Shown in pieces: positions 41,980 through 49,253 of a stretch of DNA of 49,253 nt. Source of the stretch: Pseudoxanthomonas sp. (GTDB taxonomy: Bacteria; Pseudomonadota; Gammaproteobacteria; Xanthomonadales; Xanthomonadaceae); the NCBI GenBank assembly GCA_040508175.1, contig JBEVNH010000083.1, forward strand, positions 1-49,253, read 5' to 3'. The notes under the pieces were generated by a model that searched no databases, was not told the origin of the DNA, and was given only the letters and a program-made list of their open reading frames with translations. A program made the position numbers and the translations under genes. Numbering within the stretch: the first letter of the stretch is position 1; every line of letters begins with the position of its first letter.

Positions 41980-43038
41980 ATGCCCCGCACTTCCAGTTCC
42001 ACGCCCTACCGCGCCGGCCAGCGCCTGGCCGATCTGCCGGTGGAGCCGGCCGTGGCCAGCCCCGTGCTCGATCGCATGGTCGATCTCAGTGCCATCCGTG
42101 ACGCGGATTTGCTGGACCAGACGCTGCTGCGCACCCTGCAGGACGTGGCCGAGTTCGATGCGCTGTCCTTGCTGCGTGTCGGGGCCGACGGCCAGGTGCT
42201 GCTGGAGACACAGCTGCACAATGGCGCCCTGGTCTCCCGGCGTTTGCCGACGCTGGATCCGCTGATCCTGGCGCTGCTGCTGGAGGAGCCGGCCGGCAAC
42301 ATGCGCCTGGCCGCCGTCGCCGCCGATGGCCGCAGCCTGTCCTTGTATCCGCTGATGGACGCCCGCGGCGTGCGCACCTGGCTGCACGTGGTCGAAAGCG
42401 GGATGCCATCGTTGGCCGAGCAGGGGTTGATCCTGGGCTTCGCGCGGTTCTTCCAGAACTATCGTGGCCTGCTGGACGATGCCCAGCGCGATGCGCTGAC
42501 CGGCCTGCGCAATCGCAAGACCTTCGACGACATGGTGCTGCGCCTGTTCGCCACGCCCGCGGCGGCGGACGGACAAGGTGATGCGCCCAGCGCCTGGCTG
42601 GGCATCGTGGACATCGATTACTTCAAGCGCATCAACGACACGTTCGGCCACCTCTATGGTGACGAGGTGTTGCTGCTGATGGCCCAGCGCATGCAGCGCA
42701 ACTTTCGTGGCGAAGACCTGCTGTTCCGCTTTGGTGGTGAGGAGTTCGTGATCATCGTGCGCGATGCCACGCGCAAGCAGGCCATGGAGGTGTTCGAGCG
42801 CTTCCGCAACGCCATTGCCGACGACGCGTTTCCGCAGGTCGGGACGGTGACCATCAGTGCCGGCGTGGTCGAACTGCAGCCGGGTCGCCTCACCAGCCTG
42901 GCGCTGGATGAGGCCGACAAGGCGCTCTACTGGTCCAAGCAGCATGGCCGCAACCGCGTGTCGCTGTACGAGGACCTGGTAGCACAGCGCGAGATGGCGG
43001 CCGTGGTGCCGCAGACAGGCACCATCGACCTGTTCTGA
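41980..43038 (+). CDS. GGDEF diguanylate cyclase
   Basis: DALTGLRNR, DIDYFKRINDTFGH..GD, RGED I-site, RFGGEEF, ADKALY..K..GRN. Confidence 0.92.
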   Translation: MPRTSSSTPYRAGQRLADLPVEPAVASPVLDRMVDLSAIRDADLLDQTLLRTLQDVAEFDALSLLRVGADGQVLLETQLHNGALVSRRLPTLDPLILALLLEEPAGNMRLAAVAADGRSLSLYPLMDARGVRTWLHVVESGMPSLAEQGLILGFARFFQNYRGLLDDAQRDALTGLRNRKTFDDMVLRLFATPAAADGQGDAPSAWLGIVDIDYFKRINDTFGHLYGDEVLLLMAQRMQRNFRGEDLLFRFGGEEFVIIVRDATRKQAMEVFERFRNAIADDAFPQVGTVTISAGVVELQPGRLTSLALDEADKALYWSKQHGRNRVSLYEDLVAQREMAAVVPQTGTIDLF

Positions 43039-43202
43039 TATCAGTGCGTGCGGGGTGTGGTTCCGCCACGCGCATGCGGATGTCATGGACCTCCCAGGGT
43101 CAGCGAATGTCACGACGGGGTCAGTGCGGCAGCAGGTTTCTTTCACGCGCAATGCGCACCCGATATCGAGGATGGAAGCACCTTCCTTCTCGGAGATGCC
43201 GC

Positions 43203-43970
43203 ATGGCAGCCAATAGCAAGCACGTCAAGCATCTGGGCGAGCTGATCAAGGACATCGATACCGCGATGCTGACCACCGTCGGCGCCGGGGGATTCCTCGT
43301 CAGTCGTCCGCTGTCCTCACGGCAGGCCACGTTTGACGGTGCACGCATCTGGTTCTTCGTCGAGGGCGACAGCCCCAAGGTGGCCGAGATTCGCAAGAAC
43401 GCCAAGGTCAACCTGGCCTATGCCTCGCATGGCAAGAACACTTACGTATCCCTGGCCGGCAAGGCGCGCATCAGCCGTGACGCCGCCAAGGCCGATGCGC
43501 TGTGGAACGATGCGATGAAGGCATTCTTCCCGAAGGGACGCAACGACCCGAATCTGGCGCTGTTGGAAGTGGAAGTGCATACCGCCGAGTACTGGGATGG
43601 GCCGAGTTCGAAGATCTCCCGTGCGATCAACTTCGTCATTGCCCGCGTCACCAAGACCGAAGAAGTGATGGCGGAGAACCGCATCGTGCAGCTCAAGGGC
43701 GGCAAGGGTGGACGCGTGAGTACGCGCCTGCCGCCGTCCAACAAGGCCGGTGATGTCACGCCCGCAAAGGCGGTGGGCAAGGCGGCTCGCAAGGCTGCAA
43801 GCACGCTGGGCGGCAAGCAAGCCACCAAGAAATCCAGCTCCAGTGGACACGGTGCGGCAGCCAGCAGGACGCGCAAGACCACATCACGCAAGGCGGCGAC
43901 CAAGACCGGGTCCAGTACCGCGTCCAGGACCGCCAAGAAGGCCGCGCCCGCCAAGCACGCCGCGCGTTGA
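43203..43970 (+). CDS. Pyridoxamine 5'-phosphate oxidase-like / general stress protein 26 family protein with Lys/Ala/Thr-rich tail
   Basis: AMLTT, SRP, WFF, YVSLAGKA, F.KG.NDP, AEYWDG; basic low-complexity C-terminus. Confidence 0.85.
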   Translation: MAANSKHVKHLGELIKDIDTAMLTTVGAGGFLVSRPLSSRQATFDGARIWFFVEGDSPKVAEIRKNAKVNLAYASHGKNTYVSLAGKARISRDAAKADALWNDAMKAFFPKGRNDPNLALLEVEVHTAEYWDGPSSKISRAINFVIARVTKTEEVMAENRIVQLKGGKGGRVSTRLPPSNKAGDVTPAKAVGKAARKAASTLGGKQATKKSSSSGHGAAASRTRKTTSRKAATKTGSSTASRTAKKAAPAKHAAR

Positions 43971-44036
43971 TCCCGGCAGGGCGGCACGGCAGAGCAGGCC
44001 TCTGAACGCCGGCGATGCCCGGCGTCCTGCCGCGCG

Positions 44037-44732
44037 TCAACGGCGCCGGCGGTACCAGAAGTCCAGATGCGTACGCGAGGTCAGCATGCGTCGTCGCAGC
44101 CAGATGAAACGCAGCGTCAGCTTCGCGTGCTCCCACGGCGTGAACATCTGCAGCTTGCGCGCGCTGGTGCGCACGCTGGCGCGCAGGATCACAAAGCGCC
44201 CGAGGCGCGCCAACGCCCGGCTCATGGCCACGTCTTCACCGGCGTAGTAGCGCTGGTTGAAACCGCCGACGCCCTCGAAGGCCGCGCGCGTGCAGAACAG
44301 GAAGCAGCCGGGTGCGATCCTGGTCAACCGAAACAACCAGCCGAACAGCCATTCGCCGGCGCGGACATGCCAAGCCACGACCTCGGGCATGGTGACCCGT
44401 GCGCCGCCGCCGATCGCACCTTGATCCAAGGCCCGGAGCGCAGCCGCCAGCACGGTGGCGTCGACGCAGGTATCAGCATCCAGAAACAACAGCCGCTCGC
44501 CGCAGGCGACACGCGCACCGGCATTGCGGGTCGCGGCGATCTGGCGGTAGGCCACCTGCAGGACGCGGGCACCCTCGGCCCGGGCAACGGCCGCAGTGCC
44601 GTCATCGGAACCGTCATCCACCACGATCACTTCCCAGGACAGTCCCAGGGAGTCGGCCGCGACGTGCAGCGCCTGCAGCGTGGCGGGCAGCAGCAGGGCC
44701 TCGTTATGGGCGGGAACGACGACGGATAGCAT
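44037..44732 (-). CDS. Glycosyltransferase family 2
   Basis: LSVVVPAHNE, VVDDGSDDGT, RNAGA, FLDAD, VGGF, GED. Confidence 0.92.
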   Translation of the reverse strand: MLSVVVPAHNEALLLPATLQALHVAADSLGLSWEVIVVDDGSDDGTAAVARAEGARVLQVAYRQIAATRNAGARVACGERLLFLDADTCVDATVLAAALRALDQGAIGGGARVTMPEVVAWHVRAGEWLFGWLFRLTRIAPGCFLFCTRAAFEGVGGFNQRYYAGEDVAMSRALARLGRFVILRASVRTSARKLQMFTPWEHAKLTLRFIWLRRRMLTSRTHLDFWYRRRR

Positions 44733-45145
44733 TGCGAAATGTCATCGTGGAAGGCAGACGGATGATGGTGAGGCCTCTGCCGTGAAGGTCTCTCATTAGA
44801 GCGCTGGATTCGATTCGCGATGCAAGCGGGGAACTCCCACAGGCGGTCCCCTGTGCGGGCAGATGTGAGGCGCTTGGTGTTGCGCGTGCGGGATAGGTCA
44901 GGGCCTGAAGGCACCAACTGCTGGAATGGCGCTGCCTGGACGCATCCTGGCGGTGAGGCTGGAGCGGTGGAAGCCGTCGCGCTGGAGGACATCGCACGGG
45001 CCGGGGCCCGGCGTCGATGGTGCTTGACGACGCGCCGGCAGTGATCTCGCGCGGCCTCGATAGGGCGATCACCGCGTTCTGCAGGCAAGCGCGCAACAAC
45101 AGGGATCGACGCGCGGGCACTAGCGCTACATGAATCCGCGCTGCA

Positions 45146-46033
45146 TCAATCCGCCACCGGTGCGGGCGCTGTCAGCGGCGGCGCCGTCAGCGCGGCACCG
45201 GCCGAAGCCGCCATCACGGCGGCAATGGCTAGCCACTGCGTCGGGCTCAGGTGCTCGTGCAGCAGCGCCATGCCGGCCAGCGCGCCAATCGCTGGCTCCA
45301 GGCTCATCAGCATGCTGAAGGTCGCTGCCGGCATACGGGTCATGGCCATCATCTCCAGCGTGTAGGGCAGGGCCATGGACAGCACGGCCACGCTAAGTGC
45401 CGCTGGCAGCAGTGCCGGCGACAGCAAGCGGCTGCCGGCATCGATCACGCCCCAAGGCACCACCACGCATGCGGCGATCACCGCGCCGAGGGCCACCGTC
45501 TGCGTGCCGTGCTCGGCGCCGGCCTTCTGTCCGAACACGATGTACAACGCCCAGCACGCGCCAGCGGCCAGCGCGAACAATGCGCCCACCAGGTCCACGC
45601 CACGCTGCTGTTGCGACCACGGCACCAACAGCAGCAGGCCGATCACCGCCAGCGCGATCCAAAGGAAATCGCGGGGACGCCGCGAGCCCAGCACCGCCAG
45701 CACCAGGGGGCCGGTGAACTCCAGCGCCACAGCGATACCCAGCGGCACCGTGGCCAGTGCCTGGTAGAACAGGCCGTTCATCAGGCCCAGCGACAGCCCG
45801 TAGCCCAGCAGCATCTTCCAGGGAAGTTGCCGCAGCGGCTGGCGCCAGGGGCGGAACACCAGCAGCAACAGCAGCGTGCCAAAGCTCAGGCGCAGCGCCG
45901 CTGCACCGGCCGCGCCCACCGCCGGGAACAATGATTTGGCCAGGCTGGCGCCGACGTGGATCGACAGCATTGCGGTCAGCAACAAGGCGATGGGAAACCA
46001 GATGCGCGCGCGCGACGAGCTTGCGACCTGCAT
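45146..46033 (-). CDS. rhtA: EamA/RhtA-like threonine/homoserine exporter
   Basis: GASLAKSLFP, MNGLFY...VPLGIAVALEFTGPL, CWALYI.FGQKAG, LPYTLEM.A, MSLEPA. Confidence 0.85.
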   Translation of the reverse strand: MQVASSSRARIWFPIALLLTAMLSIHVGASLAKSLFPAVGAAGAAALRLSFGTLLLLLVFRPWRQPLRQLPWKMLLGYGLSLGLMNGLFYQALATVPLGIAVALEFTGPLVLAVLGSRRPRDFLWIALAVIGLLLLVPWSQQQRGVDLVGALFALAAGACWALYIVFGQKAGAEHGTQTVALGAVIAACVVVPWGVIDAGSRLLSPALLPAALSVAVLSMALPYTLEMMAMTRMPAATFSMLMSLEPAIGALAGMALLHEHLSPTQWLAIAAVMAASAGAALTAPPLTAPAPVAD

Positions 46034-46053
46034 GGATGGACTCTCTCAAGATG

Positions 46054-46103
46054 GCGCAACATACTGCGCACTACCATGCTAAGGCATGTGCAATATCCTG
46101 CGC
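46054..46103. promoter_or_regulatory. Two related palindromic operator-like boxes between the divergent exporter and XRE regulator
   Basis: GCGCA-acatac-TGCGC (46054-46069) and GTGCA-atatcc-TGCGC (46088-46103). Confidence 0.6.
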
Positions 46104-46115
46104 AATGGAGGGTGG

Positions 46116-46658
46116 ATGACCGTTCTGGAACACGTGGCCGGCAACCTGCGACGCCTGCGCGCGGAGGCTGACCTGAGCCAGCAGGCCCTGGCGGAGGCAT
46201 CGGGCGTCAGCCGCCGCATGCTGGTATCGGTCGAATCAGGCGATGCCAACGTCAGCCTCAATACCCTGGACCGGCTGGCCGAAGCGCTGGGCGTCACCTT
46301 CAGCGACCTGGTGCGCGAGGCCGGCCAGCCCCGCGATGCGCAGGTGCGCGCGGTCGCCTGGGCCGGGACGCAGGCCGGCTCGCACGGCACCCTGCTGTCA
46401 AGCTGCCAGGCGCGACACGAGACCGAGCTGTGGCAATGGCAGCTGATGCCTGGCGACAGCTACGCCGCACAGGCCGACCCGGCCGGCTGGAAGGAAATGC
46501 TGCTGGTGACCCAGGGGGAACTGGTCGTCGAACATGAGGGGCAGGCGCACCATTTGCGCGCAGGAGACGTGCTGGTGCTGGACAGCAGCGCCAGTGACTA
46601 CGCGTACTGCAACGTCGCCGACGCACCCGTGCGTTTCATTCGCAACGTCGTGCATTGA
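46116..46658 (+). CDS. XRE family HTH regulator with C-terminal cupin domain
   Basis: NLRRLR...LSQQALAEASGVSRRML..VESG.ANVSL; cupin segment EMLLVTQG...LRAGD; GGAGG RBS. Confidence 0.9.
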   Translation: MTVLEHVAGNLRRLRAEADLSQQALAEASGVSRRMLVSVESGDANVSLNTLDRLAEALGVTFSDLVREAGQPRDAQVRAVAWAGTQAGSHGTLLSSCQARHETELWQWQLMPGDSYAAQADPAGWKEMLLVTQGELVVEHEGQAHHLRAGDVLVLDSSASDYAYCNVADAPVRFIRNVVH

Positions 46659-46805
46659 CCGCTGACGCCGATGCCCTCGGCGCCGCCAGGAACAAAAACG
46701 CGCGGACGCCGAGGCGTCCGCGTGTGGATCCAACAGCAGCGCTGACAGCACTACCCCTCCGACAAGCGCGCCACGCGTCCTCCGGAGCCACGCGTCCGGA
46801 TGTGC

Positions 46806-47705
46806 CTAGTGTGGTGTCCCGCCGCCTGGTGGGGTGGCCGCGCGGCTGCCCGTGCCGATGGTGTCGCCTGGCTCATGCACGTGGGTCGCGCGCTTGGGTG
46901 CCCCTGCGTCGGTTTGGCCGGCCGATGCATTGCCGGGCGCAGACGACGAGGCCGTGCTGCCATCGACGGACGCATGCGTCGAGACCGTTGAGCGCGCACC
47001 TGAAAATGCTGCGTGTTCCTCGGGGGACTGGTGATGCACGCGGACCTGGTTTTCGACGTCCGCCACGCCTCGGCAGCGCTCGGCCAAGTCTTCTGCCAGA
47101 TGCTTCATCCAGCGATGGGGCACGGTGCCGGTCATCAGCACGATGCCTTGGTTGACCTGCACGGCGATGTCGCGTGCATCGACCGCGTCACTGTCGTAAA
47201 GACGCTCGTTGATGTCCTCGGCGATGCGTGCATCGGTGCGCTGGTAGTCACGTGGGCCCATGCCACGATAGCCGTAGGCATGAACGGCATGCCCCTGGCG
47301 CGCATGCTTGCCATCGCCTTGTTTCGGAGCCGGCGGAATCCCCTGCTCGCGATCCCAGTCCGGGCGCGTCCCTGCGGATGATGCAGGACGCCGTCCGCGT
47401 GCGACCTCGTCTTCCTCATGGCCCGTTGCCGTGTCCTGCGGCGGCCGTCGATAGTCGCCGCGGGCGTACCTCCCGGCGTCGCGATACGCTTGGGCGAGCA
47501 GGTCTTCCTCCACGTCAGGCTGCCCGCGGCGTGTCTGGGAGCGATGCTCGGATAGGCGCTGCTGCATGTCCTCTGCGCGCTGCAGGAACCAATCGCGAGC
47601 AACACCCATGTAGCGCGTGCCGGCATCAAGCGCCTCGCGCGCATTGGTCTTGAAATCCTCGGCAATCTCGTCTGCGGTCGTTCTCTGCGTGTAGCGGTTG
47701 CGCAT
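46806..47705 (-). CDS. BON domain-containing protein
   Basis: GPRDYQRTDARIAEDINERL...I.VQVNQGIVLMTGTV...K..AEDLA....GVADVENQVRV; AAGGAGG RBS. Confidence 0.85.
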   Translation of the reverse strand: MRNRYTQRTTADEIAEDFKTNAREALDAGTRYMGVARDWFLQRAEDMQQRLSEHRSQTRRGQPDVEEDLLAQAYRDAGRYARGDYRRPPQDTATGHEEDEVARGRRPASSAGTRPDWDREQGIPPAPKQGDGKHARQGHAVHAYGYRGMGPRDYQRTDARIAEDINERLYDSDAVDARDIAVQVNQGIVLMTGTVPHRWMKHLAEDLAERCRGVADVENQVRVHHQSPEEHAAFSGARSTVSTHASVDGSTASSSAPGNASAGQTDAGAPKRATHVHEPGDTIGTGSRAATPPGGGTPH

Positions 47706-47881
47706 GATGTCCTCCTTCGAAGTCCGAACACCGCGCACCCACGAGGATGCGGGCGATAGAGGCAGTCTCGCGCGCCTGCAGTAGCACGCCGCGAAGTCCC
47801 TCGACGGGAATCTTGACGTGGTCTTAGCGCTTCTCCGGTGGTCTTCCCGCGATGCTGACGCACCGACGCGAGGGATGTGGC

Positions 47882-48076
47882 ATGACGCCACTGGACAAAC
47901 CCCTGCGCCGCGCGCTGCAGACAGATGGCAAACGTACACGCTGACCCTCGATGCCAAGGGCCTCACCCGGCTGCCAAGGCCATCGCAAGGGCGCGAGCCT
48001 GCAGTGGAAAGCGCTGTCGAGCGGCGACGCCGCGTTGGCTGCGGCGCTGCAGGCGTCACTTGCAAGACGCGCCTGA
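47882..48076 (+). pseudogene. Frameshifted small hypothetical gene
   Basis: MTPLDKPLRRALQTDGK, then TYTLTLDAKGLTRL in a shifted frame, then HRKGASLQWKALSSGDAALAAALQASLARRA* back in the start frame. The start frame hits TGA at 47942. Confidence 0.6.
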
Positions 48077-48107
48077 TCTGCTGATGCAGGCGCGCGGACG
48101 GTCCGCT

Positions 48108-49253
48108 TCAGGCAGGGAAGAGCTTGGCCAACTGTGCCACGGCGTTGTAGGTCAACTGCAGGTCCGGCGTGGTGTCGGCATTGCCGAAGTCGTGCTCGCC
48201 CTGTGCCTGCACGAGCAGCCCATCGCGGCGTGGTACCACGCTGAGATTGTGCCCGCGCCAGTACAGGCCGTAGTTCACCTCCGGCTGCGGGATCAGGCGC
48301 GCGGTCTGCCCACGCACCGGCACGATGCTGTCATCGCCCAGCAGCGCACGCGCGCCGTAGCCGGTGCAGTTGATGATGACCTTCTCGCGCAGGTCGGCGA
48401 ACTGGCGCGGGTTGTCGAAATGGCGCGTATGCACCTCGCCACCAGTCTGCAAGAACTCATCCATCAGCAGTCGCGCATAGGCGGTGATGTTGAAGGTCAT
48501 GCCGGTCACGCGCTTGGCATAAGGCACGGGGAAAGGATGCGCGCTTTGGGCGATCGGCACCGAGGTCCGATGCAGCTCGGGCGTCAGCTTGCCCTCCAGG
48601 TCCGGGTACTCGGGCTCACCCGCCTCGGCACCGGGCAACGGCTGTTCGAACGGCACATCGGACAGGATGTACTGGTCGCGCCATTCAATCGGCTCGCCCG
48701 GCAGCCCCAGCATGGTCTGGAAGCGTTTGTGCGAAATGCGGGCCATCTCCGCCCAGCGCTGCTCGAACGCGGGCGTGGCATGTTCTGCGCTGCAGACGCG
48801 CGATTCTGGCGACCACACGCCGGTCGCCAGAAAAGAGCGCACCTCCGGCATGCGTTCGGCCGCATAGATGCGCACGCGATACCCGGCACGTTGCGCCGCC
48901 AGCGCGGTGGTCAGGCCGATGGCGCCGCAGCCGATGACCGCCACCTCGCGCGCGTCGCGGTCCTTGACCAGGCGCAGCGCATGCTCGGCCGCGCCCCAGG
49001 ACAGCGACCAGCCGCTGCCGCCGTGGCCATAGTTGTGCACCACGGTCTTACGCCCCAGCTGTTCACGCTCGATCCGTGGGCCCTGGGCGCGGAACGGACG
49101 CGTGCACACGGTGATCGCCACGATGCGGTCGTTGGCCGCCGTGATCGGCGCCCACGGCAACCGGGTTGGGGAGTGCTGCCCGCCCCCCGCCGGCGCGGCG
49201 GCCGCGGTCGCGACGGTGGTGCGCGCGGACAGCGCGGGCAGCCGGGAAGGGGG
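48108..49253 (-). CDS. FAD-dependent oxidoreductase, D-amino-acid oxidase family (5' end outside the window)
   Basis: RP...HNYGHGGSGWSLSWG followed by VIGCGAIGL, INCTGYGA, PVRGQ; the frame stays open to the window edge. Confidence 0.88.
   Translation of the reverse strand, partial: PPSRLPALSARTTVATAAAAPAGGGQHSPTRLPWAPITAANDRIVAITVCTRPFRAQGPRIEREQLGRKTVVHNYGHGGSGWSLSWGAAEHALRLVKDRDAREVAVIGCGAIGLTTALAAQRAGYRVRIYAAERMPEVRSFLATGVWSPESRVCSAEHATPAFEQRWAEMARISHKRFQTMLGLPGEPIEWRDQYILSDVPFEQPLPGAEAGEPEYPDLEGKLTPELHRTSVPIAQSAHPFPVPYAKRVTGMTFNITAYARLLMDEFLQTGGEVHTRHFDNPRQFADLREKVIINCTGYGARALLGDDSIVPVRGQTARLIPQPEVNYGLYWRGHNLSVVPRRDGLLVQAQGEHDFGNADTTPDLQLTYNAVAQLAKLFPA

Noticed and set aside
44760-45130. 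Intergenic gap with several short ORFs
   Set aside because: No RBS, motif or convincing coding signal; could be a remnant but cannot be supported.

Overview
GC-rich window whose gene content suggests a Xanthomonadaceae-like Gammaproteobacterium (inferred from gene content only). It holds about 34 intact CDSs: an SDR, a SulP transporter, an alpha/beta hydrolase, a TonB-dependent receptor (TBDR)-trehalase-DMT unit, a minus-strand TBDR / two tandem M20 amidohydrolases / metzincin operon, a signal-peptide ATP-dependent DNA ligase (Lig E type), an Oar-like TBDR, a Zn-ADH/LysR pair, a CSS-type EAL phosphodiesterase, a polysaccharide deacetylase, a DUF2272-like protein, glpR-glpD-glpF-glpK, a discoidin/glycoside-hydrolase-like protein, a further M20 peptidase, a serine hydrolase, a GGDEF cyclase, stress proteins, an RhtA/XRE pair and a truncated D-amino-acid oxidase. 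No rRNA, tRNA, CRISPR, integrase or transposase was seen. The most notable signal outside the ORF track is a two-aptamer glycine riboswitch (18822-19075, minus strand), with an unusually long linker and a deviant second aptamer, upstream of the TBDR-amidohydrolase-metalloprotease operon. This points to a glycine-sensing periplasmic peptide/acyl-amino-acid scavenging system. Also seen: a candidate sRNA with two identical UCCCUCCC (anti-Shine-Dalgarno) loops at about 38956-39036, and two frameshifted pseudogenes. All product calls come from motif recognition, not database searches.
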